NCBI RefSeq assembly: GCF_001194135.2
Contig: NC_069001.1
Span: 22,771,284-22,805,829 of the forward strand
Direction of reading: 5' to 3'
Length of the DNA: 34,546 bases
Source: Octopus bimaculoides
Taxonomy: Eukaryota
Positions 1-10,982 of the stretch are shown here, piece by piece. The translations under genes were made by a program, and so were the position numbers. Numbering within the stretch: the stretch's first letter is position 1; every line of letters starts with the position of its first letter. The notes under the pieces were generated by a model. It made no database searches, was not told the DNA's origin, and worked only from the letters and a program-made list of their open reading frames with translations.

Positions 1-240
1 TGCGGGTGGCACATAAAAGACACCATTTCGAGCGTGGCCGTTTTCGTGCGGGTGACACGTAAAAGCACCCACTACACTCTCTGAGTGGTTGGCGTTAGGA
101 AGGGCATCCAGCTGTAGAAACTCTGCCAAATCAGACTGGAGCCTGGTGTTGCCATCCGGTTTCACCAGTCCTCAGTCAAATCGTCCAACCCATGCTAGCA
201 TGGAAAGCGGACGTTAAACGATGATGATGATGATGATGAT
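1..240 (+). mobile_element. 3' end of RTE-type retroposon (family A) with (GAT)n tail
   Basis: Motif TTGGCGTTAGGAAGGGCATCCAGCTGTAGAAA...CATGCTAGCATGGAAAGCGGACGTTAAAC followed by (GAT)n; the same block recurs inverted at 14013-14256 and 21853-22563. The RTE assignment is inferred from the tail type. Confidence 0.75.
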
Positions 241-477
241 ATCGATATACACACAAACACAGAGACTCTCATATATATGTGTGTGTCAAAAGAACAAGAG
301 TAACACAATCACCTTCATTAGTTTTACAGATGTTTCTGCCATAAAAAGTATTGCGCTTAGAGCAGAGTCTTTGTGAAATGTCTAATATAATCATCATCAT
401 CATCATCATAATCATTTAACAACTGCTTTGCACGCAGACATTAAATGACGATGATGATGACTGTATAAAGCATTGCT

Positions 478-517
478 TATATATATGTACATACACACAC
501 ATATATGTATAGATGTG

Positions 518-555
<38 letters not shown>

Positions 556-592
556 TATATATATATACATATATATATGGATATATATATAT

Positions 593-627
<35 letters not shown>

Positions 628-991
628 NNNNNNNNNNNNNNNNNNNNNNNNNNNNNNNNNNNNNNNNNNNNNNNNNNNNNNNNNNNNNNNNNNNNNNNNN
701 NNNNNNNNNNNNNNNNNNNNNNNNNNNNNNNNNNNNNNNNNNNNNNNNNNNNNNNNNNNNNNNNNNNNNNNNNNNNNNNNNNNNNNNNNNNNNNNNNNNN
801 NNNNNNNNNNNNNNNNNNNNNNNNNNNNNNNNNNNNNNNNNNNNNNNNNNNNNNNNNNNNNNNNNNNNNNNNNNNNNNNNNNNNNNNNNNNNNNNNNNNN
901 NNNNNNNNNNNNNNNNNNNTGTATATATATATGTATATATATATATATATATGGATATATATATAGATATATATGGATATATATATAGATA

Positions 992-1034
<43 letters not shown>

Positions 1035-1073
1035 ATATATATATATATAGATATATATGTGTATATATATATA

Positions 1074-1125
<52 letters not shown>

Positions 1126-1160
1126 CACACATATACACAAACATATTTACGCACATATAT
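478..1160. repeat. (AT)n/(GT)n compound microsatellite spanning assembly gap 628-919
   Basis: Dinucleotide runs and N-run seen directly; source of the YIYI ORFs. Confidence 0.95.
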
Positions 1161-1445
1161 TTAATATAATATAAGAATTTAATTACGGATTATTAGTAAG
1201 TCGGTAATTAATTAAGTATACAACATACAATGTAAGTAAATCATGAAAGAGATCTAAAAACAAATAGATTATGTTGAATCTAATTATAGAAAATATTCTA
1301 AATTGATGTAGACAATCTTTCAGTTTTCATTTCCACATGGTTAGTGTGTATATGTTGTAGTTACATTATCTCGTGTCATCTGCTTGTTTCAGTCATTGGA
1401 CTGTAGCCAGGGTGGAGCTCTATCTTGATTGGTTAAGTCAAACCT

Positions 1446-1640
1446 AGGCACAGGTGTGGGTGTGTGGTAAGAAGCTTGCTTCCCAACCACATGGTTCCAG
1501 GTTCAGTTCCACTGTGTGACACCTTTGCCAAATGCCTTTTACTATAGCCTCAGCCTGACCAAAGCCTTGTGTTTGGTTTTGGTAGACGCAAGCCAAAAGA
1601 AGCCCTTTGTATATATGTGTGTGTGTGTATATATATATAC
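1446..1640 (+). mobile_element. tRNA-derived SINE family B, 5' half
   Basis: Head GTGTGGTAAGAAGCTTGCTTCCCAACCACATGGTTCCAGGTTCAGTTCC (pol III A/B-box-like), then CTTCTACTATAGCC-type body ending in an internal microsatellite. Confidence 0.85.
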
Positions 1641-1641
1641 T

Positions 1642-2026
1642 CTTTACGCATTCACTTGTTTCAGTCATTTGACTGTGGCCATGCTGGAGCACTGCCTTTA
1701 GTCGAGAAAATCGACCCCAGGATTTATTTTTTGTAAGCCTAGTACTTATTCTATCGGTCTCTTTTTGCCAAATCGCTAAGTTATGGGGACATAAACACAC
1801 CAGTATCGGTTGTCGAGCGATGGCGGGGGGACAAACACACTTACATACATATATATATACATATATACAACGGGCTTCTTTCAGTTTCCATCTACAAAAT
1901 CCACTCACAAATCTTTGGTCAGCCCACGGCTATAGTAGGAGACACTTGCCCAAGGTGCCACGCAGTGGGACTGAACCCGGAACCATGTGGTTGGTAAGCA
2001 AGCTACTTACCACACAGCCACTCCTG
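1642..2026 (-). mobile_element. tRNA-derived SINE family B, near full length
   Basis: Reverse complement gives head CAGGAGTGGCTGTGTGGTAAGTAGC, body, internal (AT)n and tail ...ATGACTGAAACAAGT; highly similar to 5063-6105. May correspond to a described octopus tRNA-SINE (not verified). Confidence 0.9.
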
Positions 2027-2482
2027 GAAGTCATATCCTCATTAGGGATTTTATAATCCAAAGTATTCCATTGGTTTAATCTATATCATATAATGCAAAA
2101 GTCATTGGTATATGTTTCGGATTATTGAAATTACCAATATAAGGGGAAAACAAGAAGAAAATATAGAAAAAATTGGTGTAATTGATAATTTATAGAGCTC
2201 TATATTAACCCCGAAGAATTCTTACTACCCTATAGTTAGGATGTGCTAACTTTCTTAGCATTAAACTAAATGCTTCAAAATTCCCATCAACTTGATGATA
2301 GGACTGAAACATATATGTAGGTTTCATTTGTTTTTTAAATTTAATTTATTTTTTGAGCTTTCAACTTGTAATCAATTGATTTGTACTGTTGTGTTTTTTT
2401 AAAAGAAATGTCATCTTTTTGTAATATACAAATAAATTATTAATTCCATCCATTTCTTCTCCATTTTCTTGTTTTCCCCCAA

Positions 2483-2692
2483 TATGTGTGTGTGTGTGTG
2501 TCTTTGTGTTGACAACCGATGTTAGTGTGTTTACCTCCCTGTAACTTAGCAGTTTGGTAAAAGAGACTGATAGAATAAGTACTAGGCTTAAAAAAATTAA
2601 TCCTGGGGCCAATTTATTTGACTAAAACTTTTAAGGCAGTGCTCCAGCATGGCCACAGTCAAAATGACTGAAACAAGTAAAGGAATAAAACA
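2483..2692 (+). mobile_element. SINE family B, 3' half
   Basis: TTGACAACCGATG...GATAGAATAAGTACTAGGC...CAGCATGGCCACAGTC...TGACTGAAACAAGTAAAGG. Confidence 0.85.
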
Positions 2693-2699
2693 GTAGAAC

Positions 2700-2845
2700 A
2701 AATCAACCCCAGGATTTTTTTTTGTAAGTCTGATAATTAGTTTATCAGTCTCTTTTGCTGAGCCACTAAATTATGAGGATGTAAGCTCCAGTTGTTAAGT
2801 GTTGGTGGACAAACACGAAGACACACACATATACATATATATATT

Positions 2846-2939
<94 letters not shown>

Positions 2940-3130
2940 TATAGGAACATGTACACTCATATACAAAGTAGGATTCTACACAGTTTCCGCCCTGCAAGTT
3001 CTCTCATAAGGCACTGGTCAGTCTGGGACTATAGTGGAAGATACTTGCCCAAGTTGCCACAGAGTGGGATTGAACCTGAAACCATGGGGTTTGCAAAGCA
3101 AGCTTTTATACCACATGGCTATGCTTGCAG
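2700..3130 (-). mobile_element. SINE family B with expanded internal (CA)n/(AT)n
   Basis: Body and head motifs on the minus strand (GGGACTATAGTGGAAGATACTTGCCC, GAACCTGAAACCATG). Confidence 0.8.
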
Positions 3131-3658
3131 CTACAAATATTAATATACAGATTATATAAATGTAAGGTGGGTACATGATTAACATTTAATTAAACATACA
3201 CACGCACACACATACACATTCTCTCTCTCTCAAACACACACATTCAAGGACCATCTATGTGGTCTCTTATTCTGCTAGAAATAGAAACGAAAACTGTCGC
3301 AAATATTACTCTTCCATCTAATACTCCAGCTGCCTCTAATTGATAAATATCTTGTAAATGAATTTGTTGATCATAAACTGTACCAAATCTGTTATATACC
3401 CATATGTGTATCTTTGCCTGTGTGTATATACGTTGGTGTGAGTGGGTGTGTGTAATTATGTATATATGTTTGAGTGTGTATATGTGTGTATATATTCTTG
3501 TATGTTTGTGCATATGTGTATTTGCAAAAATGTGCAGATATGTGCATATCTTATTCTGCGCATATTATGTTCTGTGCATATATGTGATACTTGTTCTGTA
3601 CCCTGTTACAAACACTCCCTTGACAATTTTGCTGTCAGAAATGCAAGGAAATTATGAT

Positions 3659-4020
3659 TTAACCCTTCCTGATTCAATGTAATATTTTTTTCTGGAAGAA
3701 ACAAAATATTTCAAACCAACCAAGATGTAAAGAATACTTTCAATTCCTGGTAATAATGGCAAAAACCTGGCATTAACATGTCATTAGGGGTTTCTTTTGT
3801 TCTATTCTACTTTAGCAAAGTCACAAAATTTCTACTACAATTATTTCCTCTACAAAATTCTCAAAATCTAATGGTTTTTCTTCAACGTATCCAATATTTT
3901 TCTTGTACTGAATTCATCTGTCTTTTCTGGGATGTAAAACAAAACCTGTCAGAGCACCCAATGATAACCCACTTGAGGTTTTTGGTAGGGTTACTGGTTT
4001 TGTTGTGGATGGCCTGACCA
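3659..4020. mobile_element. Possible piggyBac-like terminus and degenerate internal sequence
   Basis: TTAACCCTTCC at 3659 resembles TTAA+CCC piggyBac ends; no partner terminus or transposase motif recognised. Confidence 0.25.
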
Positions 4021-4077
4021 TGTGACAGATCACACTGGTTACATACATACCTATATACATACATACATACATATATA

Positions 4078-4143
4078 NNNNNNNNNNNNNNNNNNNNNNN
4101 NNNNNNNNNNNNNNNNNNNNNNNNNNNNNNNNNNNNNNNNNNN
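4078..4143. other. Assembly gap within (AT)n
   Basis: N-run. Confidence 0.99.
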
Positions 4144-4175
<32 letters not shown>

Positions 4176-4526
4176 AAATGAAAAATAATAATAAGGCAGA
4201 ATGCTAAACTAAAAGCATATTTTAATATAGATTTCTAACCGGCTTTCATTGCATGGCTAATTTTCAAGAAAAGGGAGAATGATAATGTTTTTTACAAAAA
4301 AGTAAAAAATGAAAAAAATAATATATAAAAAAAAAATGATATATAAAAAATAATTATACCAATACATTATATTGTCTTTGAGCTTTTAAAGTTCAATAGT
4401 ATAGTTGCAAACTACATATTAAAGGTGAAAATTTGGAAATATTATTTGTAGAGTTATTGCAAAGAAAAACAAGAAATTAGAAAATAATCCTTTTTACTAA
4501 CTGTACAAAGCTTGAAATTTTGGGGG

Positions 4527-4693
4527 AGGGAACTAGTCAATCCCATCAACCCCAGTGTTTCACTGATACTTAATTTATCAACCCTGAAAGGATGAAAGGC
4601 GAAGTCAACCTCAGCAGAATTTGAACTCAGAACAGATGAAATGCTGCTCAGCATTTTGCCTAGCATGCTAACAATTCTGCCAGTTTGCTGCCC
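4527..4693 (-). mobile_element. SINE family C
   Basis: Minus strand CTGAGTTCAAATTCTGCTGAGGTTGACTTCGCCTTTCATCCTTTCAGGGTTGATAAATTAAGTA; B-box-like GAGTTCAAAT; second copy at 28745-28930. Confidence 0.85.
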
Positions 4694-5062
4694 TGGGAAA
4701 TTAGAAAATAATGTTTTCAAATTTTCACCTTTAATATCTAATTTGCTACTATACTGAACGTTAGAAACTACACATTGGATTGTAATAATAGAATAAACAA
4801 CTGGGATTTTACCCTACCTGCATAATGTGCGTGTATTTGTATACTCTATGTATTTAACATTATTTTCAGGTATTTTTTCTTAACTAGTGTCAGGTCAAGA
4901 GCTGCAGCCATGCTGGGGCACTACTATTAGAAGACTGACAAGCGTGATGGGACATGAACCCACAATCTTCGATATATCAATTTATCTTTCCTAAATATTT
5001 TAAAACCCTTTAAACAATACGGGCTTTAATTTCATCAAGTTATTTTAATAAAATTATTATTA

Positions 5063-5387
5063 CAGGTGCAGGAGTGTCTGTGTGGTAAGTAGCTTGCTTA
5101 CCGACCACACGGTTCCGGGTTCAGTCCCACTGCGTGGCACCTTGGGCAAGTATCTTCTACTATAGCCTCATGCCGACCAAAGCCTTGTGAGTGGATTTGG
5201 TAGACGGAAACGGAAAGAAGCCCATCGTATATATATATATATATATATTTGTGTATGTGTGTGTATATGTTGTGTGTCTGTGTTTGTCCCCCCTACATCG
5301 CTTGACAACTGATGCTGGTGTGTTTAGGTCCCTGTAACTTAGTGGTTCAGCAAAAGAAACTGATAGAATAAGTACTAGGCTTACAAA
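5063..5387 (+). mobile_element. SINE family B, runs into assembly gap
   Basis: Head at 5063-5135 and body up to GGCTTACAAA, then N-run 5388-5701. Confidence 0.9.
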
Positions 5388-5701
5388 NNNNNNNNNNNNN
5401 NNNNNNNNNNNNNNNNNNNNNNNNNNNNNNNNNNNNNNNNNNNNNNNNNNNNNNNNNNNNNNNNNNNNNNNNNNNNNNNNNNNNNNNNNNNNNNNNNNNN
5501 NNNNNNNNNNNNNNNNNNNNNNNNNNNNNNNNNNNNNNNNNNNNNNNNNNNNNNNNNNNNNNNNNNNNNNNNNNNNNNNNNNNNNNNNNNNNNNNNNNNN
5601 NNNNNNNNNNNNNNNNNNNNNNNNNNNNNNNNNNNNNNNNNNNNNNNNNNNNNNNNNNNNNNNNNNNNNNNNNNNNNNNNNNNNNNNNNNNNNNNNNNNN
5701 N
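5388..5701. other. Assembly gap
   Basis: N-run. Confidence 0.99.
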
Positions 5702-5852
5702 GTAGCTTGCTTACCGACCACACGGTTCCGGGTTCAGTCCCACTGCGTGGCACCTTGGGCAAGTATCTTCTACTATAGCCTCATGCCGACCAAAGCCTTG
5801 TGAGTGGATTTGGTAGACAGAAACTGAAAGAAGCCTGTCGTATATATGTGTG

Positions 5853-5902
<50 letters not shown>

Positions 5903-6105
5903 TGTCTGTGTTTGTCCCCCCAACATCGCTTGACAACCGATGCTGGTGTGTTTACATCCCCGTAACTGAGCGGTTCGGCAAAAGAGACCGATAGAATAAG
6001 TACTAGGCATCCAAAGAATAAGTCCTGGGGTCGATTTACTCAACTAAAGGCTGTGCTCCAGCATGACCACAGTCAAATGACTGAAACAAGTAAAAGAGTA
6101 AAAGA
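5702..6105 (+). mobile_element. SINE family B, near full length
   Basis: Head remainder, body, (GT)n, tail GACTGAAACAAGTAAAAGAGTAAAAGAG. Confidence 0.9.
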
Positions 6106-6107
6106 GT

Positions 6108-6247
6108 TATTAAACTGGTTCTCTTGGATATGAATTCCTATGTACCTATGATGGAAGATTTTTACTTTAGACCATTTCAAAACTGAGAGTTTGCATTCTA
6201 GAACGATGGGTGGTTTCTGTCAGGTAGGTTGGTATCAAAAGAGTTAA
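6108..6247 (+). mobile_element. Partial TTAA-ended MITE related to 9083-9292
   Basis: Shares ATGGAAG...GGTATCAA...GTTAA 3' end with 9083-9292. Confidence 0.5.
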
Positions 6248-6304
6248 TTGACCATCCAGACAATTAAATAGTCTGCACTTTTTGAAAGGCTTCATTACAG
6301 TTTC

Positions 6305-6465
6305 CCAAAATCTGCTTCGCAACCATATGATTCTAGATTCAGTCTCACTGCATGGTACCTTGGACAAGTGTCTTCTACTATAGCCCCAACCAACCAAAGC
6401 ATTGTGAGTCATTTTGGTAGAGGGGAAACTGATTGGAATCCCGAATATGTATGTGTGTGAATGTG
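6305..6465 (-). mobile_element. SINE family B, diverged 5' half
   Basis: CTTGGACAAGTGTCTTCTACTATAGCCCC...GCATTGTGAGTCATTTTGGTAG matches the family B body; orientation label is uncertain because the body reads as in the + strand copies. Confidence 0.6.
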
Positions 6466-6519
6466 TGTGTATCATCATCCTCACTATCACCACCACCACC
6501 ACCACCATCATTATTATCA

Positions 6520-6700
6520 TCATCATCATCGTCATCATCATCATTTAATATCCATTTTCCATGCTGGCATTGGTTGGATGGTTGATAAGATCCAGCAAAC
6601 CACAAGATTGGGCCAGAATGCTGTGTCAGCACTGGTATGTTTTCACCAGCTTAATGCCCCTCCTTATGCAAAATACCTTAATACCTTACAGTGTGTACTG
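6520..6700 (-). mobile_element. Diverged family A 3' end
   Basis: (CAT)n then TTTAATATCCATTTTCCATGCTGGCATTGGTTGGATGG, the reverse complement of the family A tail. Confidence 0.6.
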
Positions 6701-6719
6701 GGTGCTTTGTGTATATACG

Positions 6720-6960
6720 TGTGTGTCTGTCTCTTTGTGTCTGTGTTTGTCCCCCAATACCACATGACAACCGTTGTTGGTACGTTTACATCCCTGTGCC
6801 ATAGCAGTTCAGTAAAAGAGACTAATAGAATAAGTACCCAGCTGAAAAAAGGAGAATAAGTATGGGGAGTTAAATTCGTTTGACTGAAAATTCTTCATGG
6901 TGGTGCCCCAGCATGGCCACAGTCCAATGAGTGAAACAAGTAAAGGATAAAAGATTAAAG
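6720..6960 (+). mobile_element. SINE family B, 3' half
   Basis: TGTGTTTGTCCCC...AATAGAATAAGTACC...CAGCATGGCCACAGTCCAATGAGTGAAACAAGTAAAGGATAAAAG. Confidence 0.8.
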
Positions 6961-7111
6961 AATACATCCAGTTCCAGAACACACATGTTCTTATCTTCCA
7001 TGCAAGACTTTTTTACTATTAAACATCCATTTATTCCAATGTTTATAAACACAATCCTTGAATGATTTGGTCAAAAAAATCTAGGGGTTGCAAAACCATA
7101 TCGTTTTGTCT

Positions 7112-7332
7112 TTCATCTTTTACTTGTTTCAGTCATTAGACTGCTCCCATGCTGGGGCACCACCTTGAAGGATTTTTAATCAAACGAATCGACCTCAGTA
7201 CTTTGTTTTCTTTTAAGTCTGGTACCTAGGCTATCATCTTTTTTGCTGAACCACTAAGTTAGAGAAACATAAACACAACAGCATCAGTTGTCAAGTGATG
7301 GTGCGGGTACAAACACAAACACACACACATAT

Positions 7333-7368
<36 letters not shown>

Positions 7369-7531
7369 GATGGACCTCTTTCATTTCTATTTACTAAATC
7401 CATTTTCAAGGTTTTAGTCAGCCTGCATCTATAGTAGAAGACACTTGCCCAAAGTACTTTGCAGTGAGACTGAACCTGGAACCATATGGTTTGGGAAGCA
7501 AGCTATATACCCCACAGCCATGCCTGCACCT
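7112..7531 (-). mobile_element. SINE family B, full length, diverged
   Basis: Tail, body and head motifs all present on the minus strand. Confidence 0.8.
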
Positions 7532-8039
7532 ATTAAAAGTTTGTGTGTCATCCTTGGGCATAGTTAATACATCAAGAATAACTGATGTGTCTCTGCAGTG
7601 TTTGTTTGTTCCCTGTTAAGTGCTACACAAAGGAATCTTAACAAGAAGTGCAGCTGCTTTCAGAAACATACAGGTCATGTACAAAATACATTAACAGTCC
7701 ATAACTTTTCCCTTTTTCTTTCTACACAGTTTCTTTGATATGGGAATACCTTCCAACAGAGAAATAGAAAAATCATTATTAGTTTGAGATTTGTTCGGTC
7801 TGCAACGTCTGGTAGTGCTACAATAAATCTTGTCTTTTCATATTCTGCTGCTTCTGTTGTTTTCTGTGACTGTTTTTGTGAAACTTTGTATCTACATTTC
7901 CTGTTTCACCATGTAAAATTTCTTATGTTTTGATCATGTTTTACTATGTTACTTAACAAATCATGTTTCTTTTTTTTTTTTGTTTTTCAATTGTGTACTT
8001 GTTTAAGTAAATGGACTTCAGCCTTGCTCCTGCAAAGCT

Positions 8040-8480
8040 GAAGTACATTGAAAGGGTTTTAGTCAAGTAGATCATCCTCCCACCAGTGCTTGTTTTTTTT
8101 ATAGATTGGTACTTATTTTATTGGTCTCATATGTCAAACTGCTAGGTTATGGGATTGTAAAGAAATCAACATTAGTTGCCAAGTGGTGTTAATGGGGACA
8201 AACAGACACAAACACACATGCACATACAAACGTACATATACACACACATATGCACATGCACATTAACACATACACATATGATGGGCTTCCACTCATTATT
8301 ATACACACACTAATGCACATAGACAAACACACATACATACACACATATGTGATGGGCTTCCATTCAGTTTTCTTCCACCTAATTCCCTCACAAGGCCCAG
8401 AGCTATAGTAGAAGACACTTGCCCAATGTACCACACAGTGAGACTGAACCCAAAACCATATGGTTGCAGAGTAAGCTTCT
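8040..8480 (-). mobile_element. SINE family B, diverged, with internal duplication
   Basis: CTATAGTAGAAGACACTTGCCC...CTGAACCCAAAACCATATGG; ATATG(T)GATGGGCTTCCA occurs twice (about 8276 and 8346). Confidence 0.7.
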
Positions 8481-8521
8481 TAACCAATTAGTCACGTCCA
8501 CATCTATATTTTTTTTTTATT

Positions 8522-8754
8522 TCAGCCCTTTAGTACTTAAGCTGGCCATATCTTATCTGGCCCAAATATTTCATCTGTTTTATGTTAAAACCATCCAGAT
8601 CAGACCTCTCACATTTACCCTACAATGTCATTCTGAAAATAAGCAATCACATCATTGAAATCTCAAAGTCACAAGGTAATGCAGGATTAATTCAAAACAA
8701 TGTGAATAAATAAGCATCATATTTGACAAAGTAATCGGAATGTCAAAAGGTTAC
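8522..8754 (+). mobile_element. piggyBac-like (TTAA/CCCTTT) non-autonomous MITE, family P1
   Basis: Degenerate CCCTTTAG...AAAAGGTTAC ends; inverted second copy at 10009-10395. Confidence 0.65.
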
Positions 8755-9082
8755 AACAATAGGAATTAGTAATTTTGATGTCAAAATCCGCTGATAATTT
8801 CTGCACAGTTTTACCATTTAACCTCAACACTTCATTGCTTCTGTTTCATAGAACCACCTTGTTTTCATTTATGAAAATCCTGTATATCTTCTCTAATCAT
8901 CTCTGTTCCACAGCAACAGACCATACTTTTACCAAGGATGCTTAATATTAGCCCATATCAAGAGTTGTCAGCATACTTCTCTAAATCACATCCACTCCAA
9001 ACTGCGAGCCATTTTTAATTTATTTTAATTATTTAAAATTTCAGAGGTTTTCACCCCATTCTTTCTTGACCACAAACAGTCA

Positions 9083-9292
9083 TTTACCCTTTTGTTTTCA
9101 TATTCCTGTTGAAATTCACTGATTTGTTTCAATCAATTTTAATAATAATGAAAAATTTATTGAAATAACTTGTTATTAAGCGAGTGTTTGAAATATAAAT
9201 TAAAATGGAAATTTCATGGAAGGCTTTTTTAAAACAGAACTTGCATCATGGAATTAGGTTTGGCCACAGCAGGGTGGTATCAAGTGGGTTAA
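9083..9292 (+). mobile_element. piggyBac-like MITE, family P2
   Basis: TTTACCCTTTTG...GTGGGTTAA termini; related fragment at 6108-6247. Confidence 0.55.
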
Positions 9293-9519
9293 GATGATAA
9301 TCAGTTCTGTCTATGATTTTAACTTAATTAAAATTTCATTCCTTCATATTGAATATGGAATCACCCATTTAGCTATTGTTGTTTTTTTGTATGCAATTAC
9401 CATCCTTGGCCATCTCTCCCTAGAAGCTTAGTTCAGATATTGAGAAGCAAAAAATTGGTCATGTAGAATTTTCCTTTGTTTTCCTTTTTGTATTCAGTGT
9501 CATCATTATCATTGTCGTT

Positions 9520-9770
9520 GTCATCGTCCTCACCACCACCACCATCGTCATCATCATCATTTAATGCCATTTACTATGCTGGCATGGGTTGGACAGTTTG
9601 ACAGGAGCTGAAGAGCCAGAGGAATATGTGAAGGTCAAGTGTCTATTTTGGCATGGTTTCTAAGGTTGGATGTCCCTCCTAACACTAACCACTTTACAAA
9701 CTGTTTTGGGTGATCTTTATGGCACTAGTGAAGTTACCAAGTAGCATGCAAGGAAAAAAATCTCAACTGA
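9520..9770 (-). mobile_element. Diverged family A 3' end
   Basis: (CAT)n, CTATGCTGGCATGGGTTGGACAG, GGTTGGATGTCCCTCCTAACACTAACC match family A. Confidence 0.7.
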
Positions 9771-10008
9771 GGGAGGTGGCTTTATACCAAGCAATGAAAG
9801 TATAAAGTATGTTAGGGAAACAGGAACAGGTGACATGCTGTAAGAAAGACAAATGGTTACTCCAGTTTGAAGAGAAGAAGGATGGGGGTGAAAGGGGTAC
9901 ACACAAGTTTCAGGAAGCTGAATTACAACTGTGAAAATAGATCTCAATAGACCTTGCTGGTATCATAAAGCAATGGTAATTATACAGCTCACAGTTAGAA
10001 AATATAGG

Positions 10009-10395
10009 TTAACCCTTTAGTGTTCAGATTACCCTGTCAAAAGGGTATTTATTTTGTAGCTTCGAGATTTCAATGATGTGATTGTCAGTGGTGTATGGTG
10101 GTTACTGTATTGGGTGTGCTACTACACCCAACACCACCAAATTTCAAGCAGGGGTATAACAAAAATTTTCCAGTAAGATTTGTGATTAAATTAACGAGTA
10201 AAATTAATATCTATAATGAATTTGCCATTTTCGATGGGTGTGCAGTACATACCCAGAATATACACCCCTGGTGATTGTTTATTCTAAGAATGACATTAAA
10301 GGTAGGTGTTAGAGGCTAAATTTGGCCAGTTTTAGCATAAAACAGGTAAAATATCTGGGTCAGATATGGTTATTATAAGGTTAAATACTGAATTC
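10009..10395 (-). mobile_element. piggyBac-like MITE P1 interrupted by a nested insertion
   Basis: TTAACCCTTTAG terminus; reverse complement of 8522-8754 once 10086-10270 is removed. Confidence 0.75.
10086..10270. mobile_element. hAT-type MITE (185 bp) with 8-bp TSD
   Basis: GTGATTGT at 10078-10085 and 10271-10278; termini CAGTGGTGTA and TACACCCCTG (9/10 inverted match). Confidence 0.8.
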
Positions 10396-10909
10396 AAACA
10401 TGGGAAATTCAGAATATTTTATTGCAATATCAAATTAACATTTACTTGAAAGTGTTAGTGAAAATGTATGGCATCAAAACAATTAGTTAATATATGTTGT
10501 AGGAGTGCACATAGATGTTTACATATTTTCGTGTCAGTGGAATTATTTGTTTTGTGTGAGATAAATGGCCATTTCATGAAGAAGAATCTGTTGAACGTTC
10601 ATATATTTACAGGCAGGAATTGAAAGGTTAGGCCAAGTTAGAATTTAACTACTGTCAAGAGAGAATGAAATACAAATAAAATGTAATGCAAGATTTTTGC
10701 CTGAATGGTAATTAGGGAGGTGAGGGCCAGACCCGTCTGTTGTTCTGAATGAAGCATTCCAGGTGAGAAAGAGAGAGAGAGAGAGAGAGAGACATGGGGG
10801 AGAGAAAGAAGGAGGAGAGAGAGAAAGAGCAGAATAGACTTTCATGTCCGTACATATATTCAGACACATACACGATACACAAACATAAGTATGTACACCT
10901 GTGTGCATA

Positions 10910-10944
<35 letters not shown>

Positions 10945-10982
10945 ATTATGTATATTTATATATATGTAGTTATATATATAAT

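Noticed and set aside
412-1169. Long ORFs rich in YI/HT/CV, here and at 12907-13651, 19492-19932 and 29988-31333
   Set aside because: Translations of dinucleotide microsatellites and N-gaps.
1447-1520. tRNA-like heads here and in other SINE copies
   Set aside because: A/B-box remnants of SINEs with no complete cloverleaf; not tRNA genes.
2040-2330. TTGATGA...GAAAC ATATAT GTA with palindromic ACATATATGT, and CCGAAACATATA on the minus strand
   Set aside because: C3 is missing, and stems I and II do not pair; possibly a decayed Penelope-like end but not supportable as a ribozyme.
3244-3420. Minus ORF segment NRFGTVYDQQIHLQDIYQLEAAGVLDGRVIF
   Set aside because: No recognisable domain or splice sites; flanked by microsatellite-derived sequence.
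4200-4275. Minus CTTGAAAAT...GAAAGCCGGTT resembling a Penelope-type end
   Set aside because: Core too degenerate and no stem II.
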